Below, piece after piece: positions 10,879 through 20,041 of a stretch of DNA of 41,139 nt. The position numbers were made by a program, and so were the translations under genes. Each line of letters starts with the position of its first letter. Position 1 is the first letter of the stretch. Source of the stretch: Pseudomonadota bacterium (lineage in GTDB: Bacteria; Pseudomonadota; Gammaproteobacteria; Burkholderiales; Burkholderiaceae_C); NCBI GenBank assembly GCA_039798985.1, contig JBDKEX010000074.1, forward strand, positions 1 to 41,139, in the 5' to 3' direction. The notes under the pieces are model-generated. The model had not been told where the DNA came from. It did not search any database and saw only the letters and a list, made by a program, of their open reading frames with translations.

Positions 10879-11793
10879 ATGGGTTCACACGCAGCACAGT
10901 CCGCCAGCTGGCGTTCCGGCGGTGGGCGTGGCGCCGAGGTTTTGACCGGTTGGGTCATGATCTTGCCCGCGCTGGTGGGCTTTTTGGCCTTTTACGCGCT
11001 GCCCACGGTGCGCGCGGTTGAAATCAGCTTCACCGACTGGAACCTGCTGCGTGACCCCAACTTTGTGGGCCTGGAGAACTACGCCCGTCTGCTGGACGAC
11101 CCCAAGTTCTGGAACGGCATGAAGCTCTCGGGCTACTACGTGTTGCTCAACATACCGCTGCAAACCGTGCTGGGGCTGTTTTTGGCGGTGGCCATGGACC
11201 GGCTCACCAAGTCTTTGTTCGTGAAATCGGTGGTGCTGTTGCCCTACCTGCTCTCAAACGTGCTGGTGGCCATGGTCTGGCTGTGGATGTTGGACCCCAT
11301 GTTGGGTTTGGTGAACCACTTTATCAACGCCGCTGGTTTTGACCGGCAGCCCTTTTTTGGTGGCATCGATCAAGCCATGTTCACCGTGGCCGGTGTCAAC
11401 ATCTGGCGCCACATGGGCTTGGTGGCCATGCTGTTTCTGGCGGGTTTGCAAAACATTCCCAAGCATTTGTACGAAGCCGCTGCGCTGGAAGGCGCCAACG
11501 AGTGGCAGATGTTCCGCCGCATCACCCTGCCCCTGCTGCGCCCGGTGATGGTGTTTGTGCTGGTGACCAGTGTGACCGGCTCGTTCCAGATTTTCGACAC
11601 CATTGCCGTGACCACCAACGGTGGACCGCTGGACAGCACCCGGGTGATCGTGCACTACATCGTGCAAAACGCCTTCAGCTTTTACAAGATGGGCTACGCC
11701 TCGGCCATGTCTATGACGCTGTGCCTGGTGATGATTGCCTACACCGTGCTGCAGATGCGCATCATGCGTGCCAACGAAAACGATTTGGCCTGA
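10879..11793 (+). CDS. sugar ABC transporter permease (MalF/UgpA-like, CUT1 family)
   Basis: Multi-TM protein with the EAA loop YEAAALEGANEWQMFRRITLPLLRP. The start is chosen at the ATG preceded by AGGAG (10869-10873); the tracked ORF starts at 10825. Confidence 0.85.
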   Translation: MGSHAAQSASWRSGGGRGAEVLTGWVMILPALVGFLAFYALPTVRAVEISFTDWNLLRDPNFVGLENYARLLDDPKFWNGMKLSGYYVLLNIPLQTVLGLFLAVAMDRLTKSLFVKSVVLLPYLLSNVLVAMVWLWMLDPMLGLVNHFINAAGFDRQPFFGGIDQAMFTVAGVNIWRHMGLVAMLFLAGLQNIPKHLYEAAALEGANEWQMFRRITLPLLRPVMVFVLVTSVTGSFQIFDTIAVTTNGGPLDSTRVIVHYIVQNAFSFYKMGYASAMSMTLCLVMIAYTVLQMRIMRANENDLA

Positions 11794-11809
11794 TCAGGAG
11801 CGAACCACC

Positions 11810-12724
11810 ATGTCACAAGCCGACGTTTTGGCGCTGAACGACAAGCGCAACCCTTGGTCCACCGGCCGCATGTTGGCCTGGGCGGTGCTCATCACCATGC
11901 TGGCCATCACCCTGGCGCCGTTGTGGATGGTGGTCAAAACCGCCTTGCTGCACCCCAGCGAGCTTTACACCAGTTCCACCCAAGTGCTGCCAGCCAACCC
12001 CACCTGGCTGAACTTCAAAAAAGTGTTGGGCCTCATGAGCACCGAGGAGGCTTTGTCTTTGGGGGGCTCGGGCGCGCAAATCAACATCATGCGGGCGCTG
12101 GGCAATTCGTTGTTGTTCACCGGCATCATCGTCACGGTGCAAACGGCCAGTGCCGCGCTGGCCGCCTATGCCTTTGCCCGGCTCAATTTTCCGGGCCGCA
12201 AGGTGTTGTTCGGCCTGTTCGTGGCGTCCATGATGGTGCCGGGTGTGGTCACCTTCATTCCCAACTTCATCCTCATCAAAGAGCTGGGCTGGCTCAACTC
12301 CATGCTGGGCATGGTGGCCCCGTTTTGTCTGATGCAGGGTTTCTCTGTCTTCTTTCTGCGGCAGTTTTTTCTGTCGATTCCGCACGATCTGGAAGAGGCC
12401 GCCATTTTGGACGGCGCCTCGCGTGCCTATATTTTTTACAAGATTGTGTTGCCCCTGAGCGTGACCCCGCTGGTCACGATTGCCATGCTCACCGGCATCA
12501 ACATGTGGAACGAATTTTTTTGGCCCTACCTGGTGGCCAAAGACGAAGCCCAGCAGGTGCTGCCCGTGGCCCTGCAATCGTTCAAGTCGCAAACCCCACA
12601 AGGGCAACCCGACTGGACTGGCTTGATGGCGGCCACCGCCATCACTCTCTTGCCGACCATTCTGCTGCTGGTGGCCTTTGGCCGCCGCGTGGTGGAGTCG
12701 GTGCAGTTCACCGGCGGCAAGTGA
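11810..12724 (+). CDS. sugar ABC transporter permease (MalG/UgpE-like, CUT1 family)
   Basis: EAA loop LEEAAILDGASRAYIFYKIVLPL. The start is at ATG 11810, preceded by AGGAG (11796-11800). The tracked ORF's 5' extension overlaps the end of the upstream permease gene. Confidence 0.88.
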   Translation: MSQADVLALNDKRNPWSTGRMLAWAVLITMLAITLAPLWMVVKTALLHPSELYTSSTQVLPANPTWLNFKKVLGLMSTEEALSLGGSGAQINIMRALGNSLLFTGIIVTVQTASAALAAYAFARLNFPGRKVLFGLFVASMMVPGVVTFIPNFILIKELGWLNSMLGMVAPFCLMQGFSVFFLRQFFLSIPHDLEEAAILDGASRAYIFYKIVLPLSVTPLVTIAMLTGINMWNEFFWPYLVAKDEAQQVLPVALQSFKSQTPQGQPDWTGLMAATAITLLPTILLLVAFGRRVVESVQFTGGK

Positions 12725-12789
12725 AGAGGCCATCGGTAGTTTTGTTCCGTTTTGTTTGAGTTTTCCAACCCATTTTTCAGGAGATAACG

Positions 12790-14085
12790 ATGTTGAAAAA
12801 AGCCCTGCCCTTTTTGGCTGTGACCGTGGCGGCTGCCGCCGGTGCCGCCGAAGTCAAATACATGCTGTGGGATTCCAACCAGCTGCCCGCTTACCAGCAG
12901 TGCGCGGTGGACTTCCAGAAAGCCAACCCCGGCACCACCATCAAAATCACCCAGGCCGGCTGGGACGATTACTGGACCGCCGTGTCCACCGGCTTCATCT
13001 CTGGCACGGCCCCCGACGTGTTCACCAACCACCTGGCCAAATACCCCGAATTTGCCAAGAACAACCAGCTGGTCGATTTGGCCCCCTTGATCGCCCGTGA
13101 CAAGCTGAAAACCGACATCTACGCCAGCGGCCTGTACGACACCTGGGGCCGCGGTGGCAAGCAATACGGTTTGCCCAAAGACTGGGACACGATTGCTTTC
13201 ATCGTGAACATGGAGCACGCTAAAAAGCAGGGCGTGACGCTGGCCGATTTGCAAAACATGACCTGGAACCCCAAGGACGGCGGCACCTTCGAACAAGTGG
13301 TGAAAAAGCTGACCGTGGACGCCAAAGGCAACAACGCCACCAGCCCCAACTTCGACAAGAAAAACGTGGCCGTTTACGGCTACCAAACCCCTGGCCCCGG
13401 CGGCATGATGGGCCAGACCGAGTGGAGCCACTTTGCGGTCTCCAACGGCTTCAAGTTCCAGGACGCCCCTTGGAACGGCAAGTTCTACTACGACAGCCCC
13501 AAACTGGCTGAAACCCTGGACTACCTGGCAGGCCTGCCCGCCAAGGGTGTGTCGGCCACGGCCGAAAGCACCAAGAGCCTGGGTTCTGACGCCATGTTCG
13601 TCGGCAAAAAAGCCGCCATCGTGCCCCAAGGCTCCTGGATGATCACCTACTTCGCGGGCAATGCCAAGTTCGACCACGCCTGGGTGCCGATGCCCAAGGG
13701 CCCCTCGGGCAAGCGCGCCACCATGTTCAACGGCTTGGCCGACTCGATTTGGGTGGGTTCCAAGGTCAAGGAAGAAGCCTGGAAATGGGTGAAGCACCTG
13801 GGTTCGGCCGAATGCCAAAACGTGGTGGCCAACTTTGGTGTGGTGTTCCCGGCCGTGAAAGGTGCGGCTGAAAAGGCGGTGGAATCGCAGAAGAAGAAGG
13901 GTGTGGATTCGTCCGCATTCCTGGCCATGGCCAAAGAGCAAACCTTCTTGGCCCCAATTGCTGACAACGGTTCGCAAATTGACGAGTTGGTGAAGAGTGC
14001 CAACGAGGCGGTGTTCTTCGGCAAGGCCAAGGCCGCCGATGCCCTCAAGGAAGCGAACGCCAAAGTCAACGCATTGAACAAGTAA
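12790..14085 (+). CDS. periplasmic sugar-binding protein of an ABC transporter (family-1 SBP)
   Basis: Signal peptide MLKKALPFLAVTVAAAAGAAE. It is 431 aa, Lys/Trp/Asp-rich, with typical CUT1 SBP composition, and sits immediately after the two permease genes. Confidence 0.88.
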   Translation: MLKKALPFLAVTVAAAAGAAEVKYMLWDSNQLPAYQQCAVDFQKANPGTTIKITQAGWDDYWTAVSTGFISGTAPDVFTNHLAKYPEFAKNNQLVDLAPLIARDKLKTDIYASGLYDTWGRGGKQYGLPKDWDTIAFIVNMEHAKKQGVTLADLQNMTWNPKDGGTFEQVVKKLTVDAKGNNATSPNFDKKNVAVYGYQTPGPGGMMGQTEWSHFAVSNGFKFQDAPWNGKFYYDSPKLAETLDYLAGLPAKGVSATAESTKSLGSDAMFVGKKAAIVPQGSWMITYFAGNAKFDHAWVPMPKGPSGKRATMFNGLADSIWVGSKVKEEAWKWVKHLGSAECQNVVANFGVVFPAVKGAAEKAVESQKKKGVDSSAFLAMAKEQTFLAPIADNGSQIDELVKSANEAVFFGKAKAADALKEANAKVNALNK

Positions 14086-14137
14086 GAGGTGTCTCCGGCG
14101 CGGCCGCCACGCCTCCTCTGGCCGCCGCGTGGTTTTG

Positions 14138-14168
14138 GGGCCAGTCCCTGAAGGACTGGCCCTTTTTT
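14138..14168 (+). terminator. rho-independent terminator/attenuator between the SBP gene and the GH4 gene
   Basis: A perfect 10-bp GC-rich stem GGGCCAGTCC / GGACTGGCCC with loop CTGAA is followed directly by TTTTTT (14163-14168). A weaker hairpin plus TTTT lies just upstream (14107-14136). Confidence 0.7.
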
Positions 14169-14180
14169 CAGCGAAGTCCC

Positions 14181-15596
14181 ATGTCCACTTCCGTTCCCAA
14201 AATCACCCTCATCGGTGCGGGCAGCACCGTGTTCACCCGCAACCTGTTGGGTGATATCCTGGCCTACCCAGAATTGGCACAGGCCCACATTGCCTTGCAC
14301 GACATTGATGCGCACCGACTTGAGCTGTCGCGCCTGGTGGCGCGGCGCGTGGCCGATGCGGTAGGTGCAAAACCCACCATCAGCGCCACCACCGACCGGC
14401 GTTTGGCCCTTGAAGGGGCCCACTTCGTCATCAACACCATTCAGGTGGGGGGCTACAAGCCGGCCACCGTTATCGATTTCGACATCCCCAAAAAATACGG
14501 CCTGGAACAGACCATCGGGGACACCTTGGGCATCGGCGGCATCATGCGCAGCCTGCGCACCATACCCGTGATGCTGGACATGCTGCGTGACATGGAGGCG
14601 CTGTGCGCGCCCGGCGCCATCCACCTGAACTACGTCAACCCCATGGCCATGATCACCTGGGCGTTGAACGCGGCCTCCACGCGCATTCCCACCGTGGGCT
14701 TGTGCCACAGCGTGCAAGGCACGGCTGAAGAGCTGGCGCGCGACCTGAAACTGCCGGTGGAGGAGATCGATTTCCATTGCGCTGGCATCAACCACATGTC
14801 GTTTTATTTGAAGTTTGAGCACCGGGGCCAAGACCTGTACCCGCGCCTGCGCGAGATCCACCGCAGCGGCCAGGCCCCCGAGTGGAACCGCGTGCGCTAC
14901 GAAATGCTGCACCAGCTGGGCTACTTCCCCACCGAGTCCAGCGAACACTTTGCCGAATACACGCCCTGGTTCATCAAGCAAGGCCGTCCCGATTTACTCA
15001 AGAAGTTCAACATCCCGCTGGACGAATACCCGGGCCGCTGCCAGGTGTACGAAAAAGCCTGGCCCTACATTGAGCGCGAGTTGATGGAGCCCGGATCGCA
15101 AGACCCTGCAGCGCTGCAGCAAGAACTGCGCAGCGCAGGCATTGTGGTCATGCCGCCTTCACTGGAGCACGCTGCACAAATGATAGAAGGCTTGCGCACC
15201 ATCACGCGCAGCGTGGAGTACGGCAGTGGCATCATCCACTCCATGGTCACCGGTCAGCCCAGGGTCATCAACGGCAATGTGCGCAACCACCACCTGATCG
15301 ACAACCTGCCCGAAGGTTGTGCGGTGGAAGTGCCTTGCCTGGTGGACCGCAACGGCGTGCAGCCCACACGCGTGGGCAAGTTGCCGGTGCAATTGGCCGC
15401 ACTGATGCGCACCAACGTGAACGTGCAGGAACTGGTAGTGGAGGCGGTGTTGCAGCAGCAGCGCGACCATGTGTACCACGCTGCTATGCTGGACCCGCAC
15501 ACCAGCGCCGTGCTGGACTTGGAGCAAACCCGCAACATGGTGGACGAACTGCTGGCCGCCCACCGCGCTTGGTTGCCTGATTGGCTGACAGCTTGA
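14181..15596 (+). CDS. melA: GH4 NAD+/Mn2+-dependent alpha-galactosidase (MelA-like)
   Basis: Near-colinear with E. coli MelA: KITLIGAGSTVFTRNLLGDI, YGLEQTIGDTLGIGGIMRSLRTIP, LNYVNPMAMITWA, GLCHSVQGTAEELARDL, VRYEMLHQLGYFPTESSEHFAEYTPWFIK, NVRNHHLIDNLPEGCAVEVPCLVD. Confidence 0.9.
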   Translation: MSTSVPKITLIGAGSTVFTRNLLGDILAYPELAQAHIALHDIDAHRLELSRLVARRVADAVGAKPTISATTDRRLALEGAHFVINTIQVGGYKPATVIDFDIPKKYGLEQTIGDTLGIGGIMRSLRTIPVMLDMLRDMEALCAPGAIHLNYVNPMAMITWALNAASTRIPTVGLCHSVQGTAEELARDLKLPVEEIDFHCAGINHMSFYLKFEHRGQDLYPRLREIHRSGQAPEWNRVRYEMLHQLGYFPTESSEHFAEYTPWFIKQGRPDLLKKFNIPLDEYPGRCQVYEKAWPYIERELMEPGSQDPAALQQELRSAGIVVMPPSLEHAAQMIEGLRTITRSVEYGSGIIHSMVTGQPRVINGNVRNHHLIDNLPEGCAVEVPCLVDRNGVQPTRVGKLPVQLAALMRTNVNVQELVVEAVLQQQRDHVYHAAMLDPHTSAVLDLEQTRNMVDELLAAHRAWLPDWLTA

Positions 15597-15633
15597 ACCA
15601 CAACCGCCGACTTGATTTTTGGGAAGACCCGCC

Positions 15634-17829
15634 GTGATCCACTTTGACGCACAGCAACGCGTTTTTCACCTGCAAACCGAGCGTTCCAGCTACCTGGTGC
15701 AAATTCTGCGCGATGGCTACTTGGTGCACCTGCACTGGGGTGGGCGCGTGCAGCAGTACCACGGTGGCAACGCGCCGGTGCACTTGGACCGTGGGTTCTC
15801 ACCCTGCCCAGACGAGGCCGACCGCACCTTCTCGCCCGATTCTTTCCCGCAGGAATACCCCACCTTTGGCACCGGAGACTTCCGCACCCCGGCCTGCCAG
15901 GTGCTGCGCGAGGATGGTTCCACTGTGGGTGACTTGCGTTACCTGTCGCACCGCATCAAGGCCGGGAAACCCGCCCTGGAGGGCCTGCCCTCGGTCTACA
16001 CCGAAGACGATGCCGAGGCACAAACCCTGGAAATCGACCTGCAAGACCCCGCCGACGGCGTGTGCGTGACCCTGAGCTACACCGTGTTGCGCGATTTTGA
16101 CGTGATCACACGGTCGGTGCGTTTTCACAACGGTGGCAAGGCACCCGTGCGTTTGTTGCGCGCCCTGAGCGCCTCGGTGGATTTTCGTGATGCCGATTTT
16201 GAGTGGTTGACGCTCAACGGCGCCCATGTGCGTGAAACCCAGGTGCACCGCGCACCCCTGCACCCCGGCGTGCAGTCGGTGGAGAGCCGGCGCGGCCACA
16301 GCAGCCACCAGCACCACCCCTTCCAGGCCCTGTTGCGCCCCGGCACCGACGAGCGCCAAGGCGAGGCCTACGGCTTCAGCCTGGTTTACAGCGGCAACTT
16401 TTTGGCCCAGGCCGAGGTGGACCAGTTCGGCACCCTGCGCACCAACCTGGGCATCAACCCATTTGATTTTGGTTGGCTGCTGGAACCCGGTGCCTCGTTC
16501 CAAACGCCTGAGGCCGTGCTGGCTTACTCCAACCAAGGCTTGGGAGGTTTGTCGCTCACCTACAACCGCCTCTACCGCACCCGCTTGTGCCGAGGCTTCT
16601 GGCGCGACGCCGAGCGGCCCGTGCTGGTCAACAACTGGGAAGCCACCTACTTCAATTTTGATGCCAACAAAATCGAGGCCTTGGCCGTTTCGGCGCAAAA
16701 AGTGGGCATTGAGCTGGTGGTGCTGGACGACGGTTGGTTCGGCCAACGCGACAACGACCTCAGTTCGCTGGGCGACTGGGTGGTAGACAAGCGCAAACTG
16801 CCCAACGGCCTGGAAGACTTGGCCCAACGCGTGACCGCCCTGGGGTTGAAGTTTGGTTTGTGGTTCGAACCCGAAATGGTGTCGCCCGACAGCGATTTGT
16901 ACCGTGCCCACCCCGACTGGTGCTTGCACGTGCCCCACCGGCGCCGCACCGTCAGCCGCAACCAGCTGGTGCTGGATTTGTCGCGCCCCGAGGTGTGCGA
17001 TTACCTGATCGACGCCGTGAGCCAAGTGCTGGCCAGCGCCCCCATAGGCTATGTGAAATGGGACATGAACCGCCACATGACCGAAGTGGGTTCGGCGGCC
17101 TTACCACCCGACCGTCAGCGCGAAACCGCGCACCGCTACATGCTGGGCCTGTACCGCGTGCTCGAAGCCATCACCCAACGTTTCCCCCATGTGCTGTTTG
17201 AAAGCTGTTCGGGCGGCGGGGGCCGCTTCGACCCCGGCATGCTGCACTACATGCCGCAAACCTGGACCAGCGACAACACCGATGCGGTCTGCCGTTTGTC
17301 CATCCAGTACGGCACCAGTTTGGTCTACCCCGCCAGTGCCATGGGCTCTCACGTGTCTGCGGTGCCCAACCACCAGGTGCACCGCAGCACGCCCTTGCGC
17401 ATGCGCGGCCACGTGGCCATGTCGGGCAACTTGGGTTACGAGTTGGACCTGACCCGCCTGCCCCAGGCCGAACTGGACGAAATTGCCGCCCAAGTCGGTT
17501 TTTACAAAGAGGTGCGAGGTCTGGTGCAGTTTGGCGACTTCATCCGCCTGCAAAGTCCGTTCGACGCATCCAACCGGGGCAATGAGACCAGCTGGATGTT
17601 CGTGGATTCACAGCAGCACCGTGCGTTGGTGATGCACGCCGTGGTGCAGTGCCAGCCGCAGCAAGCGGTACGCAGCCTGCGCTTGCGGGGGCTCAATGCC
17701 AGCGCCCGCTACCGCGAGTTGGACAGCGGCCGGGTGTATGGGGGAGACGAGTTGATGCAGATAGGGCTGCCGTTGCCGCTGGTGCAGGGCGACCACCAAA
17801 GCTGGATGTGGCGTTTCGAGCGGGTGTGA
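15634..17829 (+). CDS. GH36 alpha-galactosidase (RafA/AgaA-like)
   Basis: About 731 aa. The nucleophile block is YVKWDMNRHM and the acid/base block is ESCSGGGGRFD, with a GH36 N-terminal beta-sandwich-type sequence. The start is taken at GTG 15634 (VIHFDAQQRVFHLQT), 7 nt after GGGAAG. The tracked ORF uses TTG 15619. Confidence 0.9.
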   Translation: MIHFDAQQRVFHLQTERSSYLVQILRDGYLVHLHWGGRVQQYHGGNAPVHLDRGFSPCPDEADRTFSPDSFPQEYPTFGTGDFRTPACQVLREDGSTVGDLRYLSHRIKAGKPALEGLPSVYTEDDAEAQTLEIDLQDPADGVCVTLSYTVLRDFDVITRSVRFHNGGKAPVRLLRALSASVDFRDADFEWLTLNGAHVRETQVHRAPLHPGVQSVESRRGHSSHQHHPFQALLRPGTDERQGEAYGFSLVYSGNFLAQAEVDQFGTLRTNLGINPFDFGWLLEPGASFQTPEAVLAYSNQGLGGLSLTYNRLYRTRLCRGFWRDAERPVLVNNWEATYFNFDANKIEALAVSAQKVGIELVVLDDGWFGQRDNDLSSLGDWVVDKRKLPNGLEDLAQRVTALGLKFGLWFEPEMVSPDSDLYRAHPDWCLHVPHRRRTVSRNQLVLDLSRPEVCDYLIDAVSQVLASAPIGYVKWDMNRHMTEVGSAALPPDRQRETAHRYMLGLYRVLEAITQRFPHVLFESCSGGGGRFDPGMLHYMPQTWTSDNTDAVCRLSIQYGTSLVYPASAMGSHVSAVPNHQVHRSTPLRMRGHVAMSGNLGYELDLTRLPQAELDEIAAQVGFYKEVRGLVQFGDFIRLQSPFDASNRGNETSWMFVDSQQHRALVMHAVVQCQPQQAVRSLRLRGLNASARYRELDSGRVYGGDELMQIGLPLPLVQGDHQSWMWRFERV

Positions 17830-17870
17830 CGGTCTGGGGGCGTTGCGCTTGGCGATAATCCAGGCTCACC

Positions 17871-18911
17871 ATGCGCAGTTCTCCGATCCCGCCCACCCGT
17901 CCGCCCCGCGTCACCCTGCAAGATGTGGCCGACGCCGCTTCGGTGTCCAAAACCGCGGTGTCGTTTGTGCTCAATGGCCGGGCCGGGGCCAACATCCCAG
18001 CCGAAACCCGGGAACGCATTCTGGCCGCGGTGGCCCACCTCGGCTACCGTCCCAACGCCATGGCCCGCGCGTTGCGGCAAGGCGACTCTAGCCTGGTCGG
18101 CTTTGTTACCGACGAAATCGCTACCACGCCGTTTGCAGGGCAAATTTTTCGGGGGGCCCAAGACACCGCCTGGCAACACCGGCGCATCCTCACGCTGGTG
18201 AACACCGACCACCAGAATGCCCTCGAGCAAGAGGCCTTGAACACCCTGTTGCAGCACCAGGTGGGAGCGTTTGTGCTGGCCAGCATGTCGCACAACCATG
18301 TGCAAGTGCCCCAGGCGCTGGCCGGTTTGCCGGTGGTGCTGGTCAATGCTTCGTGCCCCCGGGGCAGCGCGCCTTCGGTGGTGCCCGACGAACTGCGAGG
18401 CGGGCGTGAAGCCACCGAACATTTGCTGCAATTTGGGCACAAGCGCATCGGGCTCATCAACAACCTGGACGTGGCGCTGGCGGCGCCCTTGCGCATACAG
18501 GGTTATCAGGAAGCCCTGCAAAACGCCGGACTGACGCCCGACCCCCGTTGGGTGTTGCACATCAATGGCTGGCAGGCGGCTGGCTTTGCGGGCGCCATGA
18601 CTTTGCTGCAGCAGAGCGACCGGCCCACCGCCCTGTTTTGTCTGAACGACCAGGCCGCCATGGGGGCCATTGATGCGGCGCGCATGCTCGGCCTGCGCGT
18701 GCCCGAGGACCTTTCGGTCATCGGTTTTGACGATTTGCAATTGATCGCGGCCCATTTGCGGCCAGCCTTGTCGACCATGCGCCTGCCCCACTACGAAATG
18801 GGGCAGTGGGGCATGCAGACCTTGTTCAGCGAGCGTGGCGAACCGCCGCAACAGGCCCAGTTGCACTGCCCGCTGATCAGCCGGGCCTCGGTCGGGCCCG
18901 CCCCGTCTTAA
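17871..18911 (+). CDS. LacI-family transcriptional regulator
   Basis: The HTH VTLQDVADAASVSKTAVSFVLNGR...RERILAAVAHLGYRPNAMARAL is followed by a sugar-binding domain (VIGFDDLQLIAAHLRPALSTM). 346 aa. Confidence 0.88.
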   Translation: MRSSPIPPTRPPRVTLQDVADAASVSKTAVSFVLNGRAGANIPAETRERILAAVAHLGYRPNAMARALRQGDSSLVGFVTDEIATTPFAGQIFRGAQDTAWQHRRILTLVNTDHQNALEQEALNTLLQHQVGAFVLASMSHNHVQVPQALAGLPVVLVNASCPRGSAPSVVPDELRGGREATEHLLQFGHKRIGLINNLDVALAAPLRIQGYQEALQNAGLTPDPRWVLHINGWQAAGFAGAMTLLQQSDRPTALFCLNDQAAMGAIDAARMLGLRVPEDLSVIGFDDLQLIAAHLRPALSTMRLPHYEMGQWGMQTLFSERGEPPQQAQLHCPLISRASVGPAPS

Positions 18912-20017
18912 ACCGCGCCCAGGCGCTCGCCGCTGGCGTTGAACAAGTGCAGGTGGCCGGCCTTGGGGTGCAAGGTGCACGCCATGCCCGGTTGCCAGTT
19001 GCCCGCGTCTTCTGCAGCCAGTTTCACACTCACACTCTGGTCGATGCCATCGAGGCTCAGGTACAGCAGCACCGTGTCGCCCAAGTGCTCGAGCACGTCA
19101 ATGTGTGCTGCCCAGCCGCTGTCGCCCTCGGTGGGTGACGTTACGGTGATGGATTCGGGCCGCACACCCACCTGGGTGATCTGTGGCAGAGCGCTGCTCA
19201 GGCCAGTGTCGTTGATGGGCAATGTGAACGGCGGGCTGTTCAGGCTTTGCACCTGCACGCCCGCGCTCGTCGAGGTGGTGGAGGCTGGCAGCACGTTCAT
19301 GCGCGGGCTGCCCAGAAACTGGGCCACAAACACATTGGCCGGGCGCTGGTACAACTCCAGCGGGGAACCCACTTGCTCAATCTTGCCGCCGTTGAACACG
19401 GCGATGCGGTCCCCCATGGTCATGGCTTCGACCTGGTCGTGGGTCACATAAATCATGGTGCTGCCCAATTCGCGGTGCAGCTTGGTCAATTCCACGCGCA
19501 TTTGCACGCGCAGGCCCGCGTCCAGGTTGGACAGCGGTTCATCGAACAAAAACACATCGGGTTTGCGCACAATGGCTCGGCCGATGGCCACCCGCTGGCG
19601 CTGGCCACCCGACAGGGCCTTGGGTGTGCGCTCCAACAGGTGGGTGATCTGCAAAATCTCGGCAGCGCGCTGCACCTGCTCTTTGATTTGCGCTTTGGGC
19701 ACTTTGGCCATTTTCAGGCTGAAGCCCATGTTCTCTGCTACCGTCATGTGCGGGTACAACGCGTAGCTCTGGAACACCATGGCCACGCCTCGCTCCGGGG
19801 CTGGCAGGTCGTTGGCGGCTTTGTCGCCGATTTTCAGGTTGCCGCTGCTGATGCTTTCCAGCCCGGCGATCATGCGCATCATGGTGCTTTTGCCGCAGCC
19901 CGAAGGCCCCACGAACACCATAAACTCGCCATCGCGAACGTCGAGATCCACCCCTTTAATGACTTCAAGGGTGTTGTCGTAGCTTTTGCGGATGCCCCGC
20001 AAGGTCAAACTGGCCAT
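18908..20017 (-). CDS. sugar ABC transporter ATP-binding protein (MalK/UgpC/MsmK type)
   Basis: Walker [24 protein letters not shown] and [12 protein letters not shown] are present. 369 aa with a C-terminal TOBE-like region. Confidence 0.92.
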   Translation of the reverse strand: MASLTLRGIRKSYDNTLEVIKGVDLDVRDGEFMVFVGPSGCGKSTMMRMIAGLESISSGNLKIGDKAANDLPAPERGVAMVFQSYALYPHMTVAENMGFSLKMAKVPKAQIKEQVQRAAEILQITHLLERTPKALSGGQRQRVAIGRAIVRKPDVFLFDEPLSNLDAGLRVQMRVELTKLHRELGSTMIYVTHDQVEAMTMGDRIAVFNGGKIEQVGSPLELYQRPANVFVAQFLGSPRMNVLPASTTSTSAGVQVQSLNSPPFTLPINDTGLSSALPQITQVGVRPESITVTSPTEGDSGWAAHIDVLEHLGDTVLLYLSLDGIDQSVSVKLAAEDAGNWQPGMACTLHPKAGHLHLFNASGERLGAV

Positions 20018-20041
20018 ATGGATTCCTGCAAAAAATGGGGG

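Noticed and set aside
12526-14981. Minus-strand ORFs of 483 aa and 444 aa (12526-13977 and 13647-14981)
   Set aside because: They are antisense to the SBP and GH4 genes. They overlap each other, cross a strong plus-strand terminator, and show low-complexity composition.
15799-18980. Minus-strand ORFs of 425 aa and 423 aa (15799-17076 and 17709-18980)
   Set aside because: They are antisense to the GH36 and LacI genes and have no motifs. They show the same GC3-driven open-frame effect.
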